Made by a program: the position numbers and the translations under genes. 64,000 nt of DNA from Bugula neritina (Eukaryota; Animalia; Bryozoa): positions 5,981,751-6,045,750 of the forward strand of contig OZ037773.1 of NCBI GenBank assembly GCA_964035545.1, written 5' to 3'. Shown here one piece after another: positions 37,721 through 49,500 of the stretch. Within the stretch, counting starts at the first letter, position 1. Each line of letters begins with the position of its first letter. The notes under the pieces were generated by a model, which was not told the DNA's origin, made no database searches, and worked only from the letters and a program-made list of their open reading frames with translations.

Positions 37721-40700
37721 ATGGATTCTGCAATTAATGGAACAATTTTTGCAAGTAATTTTATCAATATTACAGCCTATAATTTATCTTCCACTATTTC
37801 ACCGGAAGCATCTACTACAGTATATGAAAATCGGTCTGCAAAAGCCTTGCGTCGCACTATCTACTACTCGCTACACGGAGTAGTGGGGTTAGCTATAACT
37901 CTGTTCAATGGGGTAGTCATTGCAGCCTACATCAAGAGAGAGAAACTGCAAAGACAAATCAGCATGGTGATGTTGACTTTATTCGTGTTCTGCTTTATTC
38001 ATGGACTATTTGTTGGAATTATCTACCCCCTGCAACGCGTATACCGTTACAAGATGAGCTCAAGCTTGTGCATATTGACGACGTTGCTGATGGACTTTGC
38101 TGACAATTACATTCTTGTTTTGCTGCCGGTGTTCTCCACAGAGCGACTCTTGCATCTTAAGTACCCGAGTATGACTGCAAGGAGCTTAAGAACCTGGAGC
38201 ATAACTTCTATAAGCTTATCTGTGGTGGTTACCATGTGTTATACTTGGCTTCCTTTAATCCCAGATCTAAACATCCCCATGGCTAAACAGTGGTCCCATG
38301 ACAACAAAGGTAACCATACTACAAATTTGATTGTAATATGATTATATAATCAAACATTTTATGCAAAAAGCTGTTAATATTATAAACTGCATTATAAAAC
38401 TGATATGTGAAACATTTGTTCCCACATTAACTTTTGCTTTAATTCAATTTAAACTGCATGTCTTAAAGATGCACAAAATTTATTTTCAAATTTGATACAA
38501 TGAGACCTTACATGAATCTTAATAATGCACTGTGCACGTATATAATTACTTGGTATGGCTAGTTTTTAGTCCATAATATTGTCAGCAACCTCTACACTAT
38601 GTTTATAAAATAGTAAAAGTATTAATTGATGTTTTTTGTAACAAATACAGTTTCCTGCACTTATTGCTGAATACCAGTCAACTCATTAGTTGTGACCTGA
38701 TATTTTAAGTGGTTTTCCCAAAATGTGTTGCTGGATTCCCCTGATTGGAAATTTACGTTTAATTATATCCCGTATATAACCCATGAGCTGCCTGCATTCA
38801 CTGTGTTTCTATTATACTTCAAATTATGCAAATGGAGGCTCGTAAGGATGAATTTACGGTTTGTGTTTTGCATGAGCTTATGGTTGTGGTTTCTATAGGA
38901 AAAATCCATTCGCATAATGCTAAGCTCGGAAACGTAGTGATTATATAACAGCAAATGCTGTCAGCCACTTTGCTGTTGTCTACATCCTCTTACGTTACAG
39001 TTCGGCAGCAAGAGTTGAGTCGATTTTACCAACATTATACGTGTCAGTTCAGAATAAATAAGAAGAATGAGTTCGAACCAATATTCAACATACTTATTGG
39101 CTCTGTCTGTGTGTTTCTGGTGATTGGAATTCATGTTGCCATGTTCCTCATGCTAAGGTATGTGTATATCACATGAAATATAAGGTAAAGAGTGGTTTAA
39201 AGTAAAAATAAAGGATAAGAAAAAGTAGTGAATAAAATCAACTGCTTTCTTAGAGCTAAACTTATGCTCTGTCAACATTCTATTGATGCAGATAGTATCA
39301 GTATATTACTATTGTAATATGCAGATACTATGATGATGCATCACACATCTTTTAGTGCAAACAATACATATAACTGGTATTTTAATGCTGTAATACAATT
39401 AATATACTGATATGTGACATAATGTAATATAGATTTAATATGGATATGTGACAATGCTAATTACTTTTTAGCTTGAGAGATTTTGCACACAGAGGCTTGT
39501 TTTATTTAATTGTTGGTAGTAATATATAGTCATGGCTTTGTTTAAGTCCAAATCAACTATTTTTTCTTATATAGTTTGTTTTAAATTTACATGCCAAAGT
39601 TACCTGAAGCATATATAATGGCTCTCTATGATTCAGACTTCCGCTGTGCTATTCACATAAAATTTTATTTGGCAATATTTTTTATGGCAGTTTGATAGCA
39701 AACGCTGATCATGCAGCCATTTAAAAAGTTATAAATTTTGCTTCGACTGCTAATAACATAATATAAATTGTGTGGGAAGTTATTTGTATTGTCACTGTAT
39801 AAACTTGTTTACTTGTTTTCCTATTTAAGTTTTTGCGTTCAGCTGTTATGAATCACTCCTAAACGTAAAAAGTTTTAAATAATTTTAAAATAACTGATGA
39901 ACAAAAATACATATAGAATATGAAATATCTAATTAGAGTGCCTTCTACTCTATTAAAACCAAATTTATATTATCAAATTCAGTGAGCAGATCAAGTCTGA
40001 AAATATACTCCATTGATGTGTAACTCTCTGGTTTCACGTTTTAGATCCCGTCTCACTAAATATTCCAACATGGCAGAGAACAGGAAGAAGCAGTTACGTA
40101 AAGCTGCCCTTACAGTTTTGCTGGTTTCTGTCACATTCATATGCACTTTGCTTCCATTTGGTGTTACTATACAAATAGCAGCGTTCTGTGACACAAATGT
40201 ATGTATAATAGTATATATTACATCATATAGCACACTGTATAGTAGTATACATTCATACATTGTATAATAGTATACTTTGTATTATAGTATATACTGTATT
40301 ATAGTATACATTGTATAATAGTATATATTGTATCTTAGTATATATTGTATAATATAGTATACTTTATACATCATGTATATAACAACCACCTTGCTATGAT
40401 AAATTACTTCAAGTTGGTAAATTGCACATGAGAGCATTTCGAAGTGTTTAGAAATGCTTCTGGTTTTTAAAACTTTGTACCAAATTTCAGAGGACACAAA
40501 ACACTAACACTGATATTCTGTCAAAATTATCATAATTTTAGAAACAAAAATTTGTTTAAAGGCTAAGATTGCTCTCCTTATAAAGATATTTTTATTTTCT
40601 TGTTTATTTACTGCATTCCTTTTTATTTGTTTGAAGACGACAAAGAAGGAGAACATAGCGTGTAACGGGTTAACTCTAGAGCTGAGGTTTGTGTTCAGTA

Positions 40701-40921
40701 TCCTGGCCCACCTTGGCAACTTGCTGGCCCCCCTTCTCTTTACTTTACTCAACAAAAGCATACGCAGACAGCTGAGGGAGTTTGTTAGCCCGAGATGTTC
40801 AACTCTTTGTAAAAGAAACTCTCTTGAGAAAAAGGCAACATCGGCATACTTAGAGACTACCATGGTTACGTCGGTTAGTATAATCAATAAAAAGTCAAGC
40901 CCAGACAATAATAAATACTGA
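37721..40921 (+). CDS. Orphan rhodopsin-like (class A) GPCR, 394 aa. Exons 37721-38309, 39001-39157, 40045-40198, 40637-40921.
   Basis: Seven hydrophobic helices, an N-glycosylated N-terminus (NGT, NIT, NLS), N1.50, C3.25 plus an ECL2 Cys, ERL...YP at the end of TM3, P6.50, P7.50 and helix 8 (NKSIRRQLREF). Junctions are phase-consistent; the last acceptor is AAG. Confidence 0.88.
40199..40380. repeat. Degenerate AT-rich minisatellite (tgtataatagtatata) starting at the GPCR exon 3 donor
   Basis: Direct inspection. Confidence 0.7.
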
Positions 40922-41869
40922 AAGATGTTGGTAGGCTTAACCAGCTGGTGGCATGAATTTGTGTAATATCTCATTAACCTATTTTATTTTGATTTATTGA
41001 TTTTTCATCAAATCTTTGTTTTGGTGCCAGTATTAAATACTTTTTTGTATTCACATTTGATTCCTATGTTTGGAGACTCCATTCTTTATTTCATTTTTAT
41101 TTTTACTGCAATGCTTGCACACTGGTTATTTTGGTGCATAATGTTTTTGAGAGCATAGTTTTCTAGAATTTTCTTCCTATGTAACTAAAGTACTCTTTTG
41201 TCATCATGTCAGAATAAATGTGCCGTGCAATACAGGAGATTTAATTATAGAAATATTCTCATATACTGCTCCCTATGCATGTATATTGATGTTCAACATG
41301 CTGGTATAAACTAGACATATTTTTTACTAAGTTATTTATTTTGCTAAATGGCAGGGCAGCACATTTATTGCTAAGTTCTATATATTTCTTAACTTGTTCT
41401 TTCAAGAAAGTTTTTTAATAAGCTAATTATCGAATACAAGCACATTGAATAGTGATGGAGTATTTTGAGTTATATATGAAGTATACAGCACATAATGTTG
41501 GAAGTTGTTGAGTTTTTTGTCTCAATGATTTTGTTTCTTGAAGCAAATTATCTTGTTTTGACTTTTACATGGTCTCCTGTTTGCCTAAACCCCAATATTA
41601 TTACCAATTTATAATGGAGTATTGCCAAACAATTGTATAGCTTTTAATTTTAAGTGATTAATGTGATGTTATATATTATAATATAATGTAGTGTATAATA
41701 TAATGCAGTATAATATCATATCATACGGTATAGTATAATAAAATGTAAATAATGTAATATAATATAATATTCTAATATAATTCAACATATTTTACAATGC
41801 TATGTGTCATTCATTTTATGTCCAATAATTAATGCAAGTACTTCTCAAACAAAGGTCAATTAATAAAGT

Positions 41870-42435
41870 AATTATTTAATAGGTGTTGCAGGAGCTTTTT
41901 GTTCTAGCTTTAAGAAAAGTATTGTGTGATGAAAGCTTTTTGTGAAAGCTTTTGCAACTTAAATTCAAATACCTTTTACATTTCATTACAATGTTACCTT
42001 ATAGCAAAATTAAAAAACTATCAGTAAATCATAATTATGAGAAAAGATTGAAAGTCAGCAATGCCGTTAAAACTATTAAATTCAAAACGGACAAAGGGCA
42101 AAGGTCTATGTTATTTAAAGCTGCAAAGTTATTTAATAAATATTTATATGGTTTTGAGAGCACGATTTCTGGGTTGGTGAAGTCAAGGTTAGCAGACCGT
42201 CTATGGTGCTGCTAATACGGATGGGGCCTCCTTGCTGTATTGATTGGGCAGGGGTTTCTTTATCCTATAGAAAGTCGGGCTGTCTCCTTACTTGCTTCAA
42301 GCTATTGGACAGTAACCTTTTGCTTCTTCTTTTTGTACTCCTTCTTTTTCCTTAGCTCAAGATTTTTAATTTTTTTTCTCTTTCTTTTTACGTTTACTAT
42401 TAGAAGCAATAAATTGAAAACAACAACAACAAAAA
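41870..42435 (+). mobile_element. 5'-truncated LINE (CR1/L2-group-like): ORF2 C-terminus, 3' UTR and (CAA)n tail
   Basis: Peptide HNYEKR...KTDKGQRSMLFKAAKLFNK fits the HxYxTR...RT..G..S..(F/Y)....L(W/F)N end of CR1/L2 ORF2. AATAAA at about 42408 is followed by aacaacaacaacaa. Confidence 0.7.
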
Positions 42436-42708
42436 TCTTTTTACTAGTGGCTTTTGTTTAATGAGTCAGTACAGTTCAAGAACTAAAAGAGGAAAGTTTG
42501 CCTTTGTTAAAGTTGCAGGCAATTTATACTGTATTGCCCAAATAAATGAAAGTTTTGTGAGATCAATATAAACTGTTGGCACTAGGCACAAGGTTGAGTT
42601 GGGACCTGCTTCTGTGCCTTCCATCTATTCAGCCTTCATTAAGTGTATCACAATACATAGGCATCCGTGTCACACAGCACCCGTGCTGTCACAATAAGTA
42701 TTATCTTA

Positions 42709-42792
42709 AGAGGCATCCGTGCCACACAGCATTATTACTGTGACAGCACTGATGCTGTCACAGTAATAATGCTGTGTGGCACGGATGCCTCT
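42709..42792. repeat. Perfect hairpin with 40-bp arms and a 4-nt loop, embedded in related subrepeats (42658-42830)
   Basis: agaggcatccgtgccacacagcattattactgtgacagca-ctga-tgctgtcacagtaataatgctgtgtggcacggatgcctct. Confidence 0.95.
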
Positions 42793-44290
42793 CAACATTG
42801 CCATATAGCATCGTGCTGACACAATAGATACTAATAGAATTGATAATACTTTGTTCCAGGAGAGAAAGAAAAAGCAATATATAATATTATATTGCTTTAG
42901 ACTACATAATTAAGCTTCAAATTGCTATGGTATTAAAAAATATTTGGTAAATTTGTAGAACTATCGATTTAAAATTCTAAATTTATCAAAGTTCTAGTTA
43001 TGCATATGGAGAAAGTACAATATGAAATGTAGATATGGAATAATTAATGTCAATGATAAGTACTTAACGAACGAAACTTTTACCAAATAGTATACCTTTT
43101 CTCAATCAGAATTATTATACTAAAAGCTTGTAAGTTTTGTTCCAGCTGCATAGGCATTATAAAACATGGCTACATCACACAAAAAAATTAATAATATTTG
43201 GCAACTTTCCAAACTGCATCCTTCGATAAAACCCAGCCACTTTGGTACCAGTCTGTTCGCCTTAATGGCAGTATGCAGAACTTTCTGCATGCCTCATAAA
43301 ACCGGATAAAAGTATTTAAACAAGCATCTTGGCTGACAGCCAGTATTGTGTCTTACGTTAACTTGTTTTGAACTTGTTCTTGCTTTATAACCAATTTTAT
43401 GGTACTCTGCTTACATATTATTGTCTATAAAACACCAAATGCAATTATTTGAAAATAGCTAGAGTTTTAAAGACTAGAAAATAGAAATTTACAAATGTGT
43501 AAATTCTTGAAAGAAACACTTTAACGCCAGGAACTAAGATTTTTTTATACTTAGTATAAGGTCTAAGAAAGTTGGATATAATATATAATCTAAAAATGTC
43601 AGTTCAAATTTTGCCTTTTTTGCTGACCTTTACTATAATCGTAGGCAGTAAACTAATTACTCTGTAGAAAATGGGAGCTAAAATGGTTATCAATCAGAAT
43701 TGACAAAAATCAAATAGTCATATTGCATATGTTGCAAGATTAGCAACAATGAGAATGCATATTTCTATATTAATAAGAAAATGCAAATTTTAAAGCACTT
43801 CAAATTCTGCTTGAAAAACTCGAAATAATTTATTTTACAATTTCATGGGATCAATGATGGTGGTTTTAGAATTACTTTGCATCCCAATGTTGGGAAACTT
43901 TCCATCATTATGTTTATGTTAGTATGCTAATAATAGCTTTCAGTACGGAAACTGATACCAAAAATAAGTTTGAGTGTTAACATTGGTTAGCTAGTACAAT
44001 ATTTATCCTATGTTAGTGTGCTATGTGAATTACTATATGTCCTTGTGCTAGTATAGTACAGATATATCACACTGACAACTAAAATATTAGTTTTGGCCAA
44101 GTAAAAATATATTACCCTGGATAGACTTTAGACGAGAAAATTCTACGAAACAAATTTGAATTCGATTATTATATGAATATAATCCATAATTACTATAGTA
44201 TAAATATTTCCTTTTACAGTACTTATTGACTTGTTAAATAATATTTCTGACAATAAATATACTAATTGCAGTGTTGAGATTACTCAGTAG

Positions 44291-44354
44291 TGCCTTTGGT
44301 GTAATTGTTAGTGTGCATGCTAGGCGGAACTGAGTGCAATTTCCAGTGAGGGCA
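44291..44354 (+). mobile_element. Degenerate tRNA-like sequence (SINE head or pseudo-tRNA)
   Basis: A-box-like tggtgtaattgttag, B-box-like gagtgcaatttcc and a pairable acceptor stem tgccttt/gagggca. There is no proper anticodon arm. Confidence 0.35.
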
Positions 44355-46587
44355 AAATTATTTTATACTAATAACTAACAAACTCATTAATCAGTACTAT
44401 AATATAGCAAAGTGGATGATGCAATGTTATGAAGGTTACATAAAACGTGGACTAATTCACATTAACTTTATTATATTATGAAGCTCATTATGGGAAATAA
44501 TCTCTCCCCAGACTGTGATTGGATAATCTCGCTTTGTATATTTAATTAAGATGGAGAGTTTGTGATGATAAAGTCAAACAAAAATTTATATTGCGTAGAT
44601 AAACCGGAACTAGGAATTGTTATAATCTTCTTTTCTCAATACAAAAGTCAATAAATCAGTCTAATGGTACTGTTAGATTATCTAAAGGGTTATTTGAAAG
44701 GCAAGAAAAATGCCAATAAATTACAATTTAAAGCTCAAGTAGGACATTTTCCTATCAATTTAATTATAATAGTTTAAACACTTCAAAGTAGGTATTATTA
44801 CAAAAGTTAAACTTTTTACACAAAAGGTTAAAAACGAGTGTGTCTGGTGAATCAAATATGCATATCATTATGATAAAAACCCAAAAAAATACAATATTCT
44901 ACCAATTTTACACGATCTCAATATAATATTGAAAAGCTGCAAAAACATCAGTGTCCTACAGATGCGCATATGTTAAAAGTGCCTAATTGAAAATATTCTT
45001 ACAATTAAATTAAAAGAATTATTGTCAGAAACAAATAGTATATAAAGTGTTTGCTGCAGCCATACAACTGATTGGCAAATCGCCTGGAGGGAAATAGGTT
45101 AGTGAGGTGGCGTAAGATGACCGCAATCGGATTACAGGTAACAATATAATTTAATTCTACCTTCAATAACAATTTTGATGGCGTCATAGCTTATATGTTC
45201 ACCCTTATGTACCACCAGAAACAGCTTTTAGTAGAGCAGTAGACAGGCAAAGCATATCTGTAATAATTTTCTTGCAACTCTGATGCTTATACATACATGT
45301 AGCCATGCAGATAACATCAGTAGAGCATATATAGTTCAATCACAGCATCAGTTAAACAATTACTTACAGCAGCTACAGCCATTCACAGTAATAAAATTAC
45401 TTGATTAAATTAAGTTTATTTTGGTCAAATAAAGTTAATCTAAATATTTTTTTTTTGAGTTGCTACTTCCAGAAAACCTGAACCCAACCCTTATTAATTT
45501 TGGATTAATAGAGATTCCAATGAACTTAATAACTAAGCTACTGGTACATTCCCACACTCTGGTTGCTGACTGCACTATACTAAACTTGCAACATAATCTT
45601 GACTATGCCTGATGCAATGGCATTGCAGTGATGTCATTAGATGCAACTTTCATGTATTTATGTCACAAAACAATATTTTTTGTCGAGATCCACAAATTCC
45701 AGCACGTCTTGACGTCAGAACATCTCCTGTTTTCTCTCCGGTCTCAATATAAGTTTAGTCAAAGGAATTCCAGGCAGTGTCTCTCATCAACTTAAAGTGT
45801 CGAAAGTGCAAGAAACTGCTGGCAAAATACTGTTGACATGTTATTAACTAATATATTAAGCTTACAGTTATTAGTGTGGCAGAACACTTTCGATGAAAAG
45901 TAATAACTTTATATACAAACTTACAGAACTACAAATAGCAACGAGAAACCCTTCTCATAACTGCATGTAACAAATTCTATGAAGTTGAGTAGTTTATATT
46001 ATATAATTTATAAGCCTACATATTTTACAAGGTAATGTTATGGATAGCAAATATGTGCAAGTGTTGGCAGGTGTCAGGGGATATTGACATGTTACAGACA
46101 GGCATACTAATGGCAAACTACATACTGTTGTAAACTGTGTACCCTTCATAGTTTGTAGATAATAAGATATTCTAGAATCTAGATCAACACAATGTCTTGC
46201 TTTCTGATCTGCATTGCTTTACACTGATTATCATGAGAAGGTTTTATGGCATTCTATGAATTCTTGCATATTGAATTTTTGAACAATGACTATTTAATTG
46301 CATTGTCACTCTCATTGATATGTGGTCTCAAAAAGTTAAGACTGCTAAAAACTAACCGCTAAATACTGAGCAATGCTTTAGACAAGCTTTATGTATTTTC
46401 TTTTGCTTAATTTTTGTTTCATATTAAATAATTACTAACTTATTGTCATATAGTAGTAACCTTTCTTATTTTATTAGCAAAATATGTGTTTAATTTGAAA
46501 GTATGTACAAAAAGTATAGAACAACCATAGAAAATTAAGAATCAAATAGCAATAGTAAAAATACTTATAAGTAGTAATACGAGGCTG

Positions 46588-49500
46588 TCAACCACCCAGC
46601 CCTTGCTTTGGTCTCTGTAAGATGTTGAGAAATTTGCCACGGGTCATCTCATGAGCTACAAACACAAGCAAAACCCATACGGTAGTTGAGAGTATACGAC
46701 ACAATATAAACTATTGCTCTAGCTGAAAATATCTTCAAAATGCTGAAAAGGGAAACTGGAAATAAAGTCATAATATCTCTAAATATGAAACCTTAAAGTT
46801 TAACTACTTACTAGAATATGCAGCTTATAGTTAAGCATGAGCATTTTATATGATAAAGAGAGGTAGATTATAGTATCAGATGAGGTAGTTTATATTACAA
46901 GATGAGGTAGTTTATATTATAAGATGAGGTAGATTATATTATAAGACCAGTTTAATACACGGCTGCAAGATACAAGAGGGCAACAGAATTTCCAACAAAA
47001 GTATAAACAAGAACATTAATTAATATCCTTACCTTCATCCAGCCCAAGTTGATAGGCTAAGTTCTGCAACTGACGCACTTTATCAAGAAGCTGGGCAGGG
47101 GTCAGATTCCCCAACTCCTGCACCATACTGATATCCTCAGTCTCCAACTCATTCATCCACTTTGGTTTGTTAGAAGCGGAACTGCCAGGGTACGACTATA
47201 AAGAGGGAGGGGCTCTGAACTCATAGCTACTGCCTTCATTATGAAAAACTCAACAGTGTAGTTTAAAACTGTCAGTTATAGTCGACTGATGGTTTCATCA
47301 TACTTGACTATTAACTTTTAAGATTTGTTCGATTTCTTTAACAAACATTAGGATTGAGTTTTAGCAACTCTAATACAATACTTTTGAAAACTTGAATTTT
47401 ATTAAATAAAGTAGCATTTCTTTACAAAAGTAAAATCCATTATAATTTAGGCCAAACTATAAAACCTAATAGAAGCACCTGTTGAGTTTTGTCAGATAAG
47501 CTTTCTTAAAATCTCAATCAAATTTCACTAAAAACTATTCCAACATTTCTAATGAAAAGTTACGACACAGTTAAAATAATCAGCATATTGCTAATACTAC
47601 CTCTATCTAACACCCACGTATAACTGCATAAAAGATTTGAAATTACCTTCAAATTTAAAAACTAATGCAATACAAACGCACATTGCTTGCTGTTGATAAA
47701 AACCTGATTTGTCTGCCCATGTTTTTATGATCGAACAAATTTCATAAAAAACTATATTTTATGACCAGAAAATAATATTTATGATTTTCAAGCTTAACTT
47801 ACATTTGACAGTCCACCCATTGCTGCAAATTCATTCACTCCAGGCACTAAAATATGAAAATACTTTTACACAGTAGATAAGATAACTCTACAACTTGATG
47901 CACCTGAAATAATCTGTGATAATTTTTAATCTAACAGCAATAGGGTCATTCCGCGTCAAATCAACCAAATTTCAGAAAGTCCCACGCCTTTGCGTCTCAG
48001 ATTTTGTTCATATTTCCACCAAATGAACCTACACATGTATTGAGTGCTATTCTTGAATATTTCTGGCCTGACACAAAAACTTTTTGAGAAATGAATATTT
48101 CCACGAACAAAAGTTGGGAAAAATTTTGAGGAAAATTTGCGATTTTTACTTTTAGACCAATTTGTAAACGTCCATATCTCCATTATTTTTCTAGTCTGAA
48201 CCTTGAAATTTGGTGTGTGATTTGATAACACCTATCAATTTGCACTAGTAGTAACACATACTGCAGAATACTTTGTGTGCATATATACTAAGCCATTGAA
48301 AATTGGCAATTTTTTATGAATTTTGAAAAATTTTGAATATTTGCCACATCACAAAAGGCAGTAATTTTTATTTTACTTCCATAAATTTTTATCCATAAAT
48401 AGTTGATTATGGTTACTTTATACTCCTTAATTTGTGTAATTTTTAAAATAAATAAAAGTTGTAGATTTTTTCAGGATGATGAATATTATTCTTAGCCTGG
48501 GCGAATTACTAACCTGATTAGGGTGCGGACCAATCTGCTATATTTAGGCACATCTGTTTCAAAAGCCACAATTATTTCCGGCATGTATTAAACACCACTG
48601 TCATCGAATTAGTTAGGCCTATTGTGTTCAGGGCCATGGTGTTATATTTGGGTATGTTTTTTGAAGCTACTCTTGCCTCAGCTACTTAATGTACTTGATT
48701 CCAGCAAGATTTCAGCTGTTTCACACCATTCACTCACAGAAATAACAATTGCTATCTGAAACCTAATGGGAATATCATATAATGCCGATCGGCAGAATTT
48801 TTCTTACGATATTACACACAAATCAGATTTTATCGTAATCTTCAGTAGATTTGAAATATATAGGAAACATATATGTATCTACTTGATATTTTGAACAATA
48901 TGAATAATAAAAATGTATGATCCCAACATATTATATTGAAAAATTGCATTTTGCCGATTTTCGTACGCATACCATTTTTCCGTGCGATTTACTTCAAGTT
49001 TGGACAATATAAGGACGTCCAAATTTATGAGTCTACAAAATACACTAAATGACGTTACAGAAAATACTTGTTTGAAATATTTTACTGTATTCAAACATCG
49101 GGTTACATCCTTGTGAAGTTGGGCGAATTTTCACATTTTCTTCACTTTGGGTGTCTATATCTTGAAAAATGTTATTTTAAAAATTACACAAATTAAGGAG
49201 TATAAAGTAACTATAATCAACTATTTATGAATAAAAATTTATGGAAGTAAAATAAAAATTAATGCCTTTTGTGATGTGGCAAATATTCGAAATTTTTCAA
49301 AATTCATAAAAAATTGCCAATTTTCAATGGCTTAGCATATATGCACACAAAGTATTCTGCAGTATGTGTTACTACTAGTGCAAATTGATAGGTGTTATCA
49401 AATCACACACCAAATTTCAAGGTTCAGACTAGAAAAATAATGGAGATATGGACGTTTACAAATTGGTCTAAAAGTAAAAATCGCAAATTTTCCTCAAAAT

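Noticed and set aside
40637-40760. GPCR as an opsin
   Set aside because: Position 7.43 is His, not the retinal-binding Lys.
44291-44354. Functional tRNA gene
   Set aside because: It is too short, with a degenerate B box and no anticodon stem-loop. It is kept only as a SINE-like remnant.
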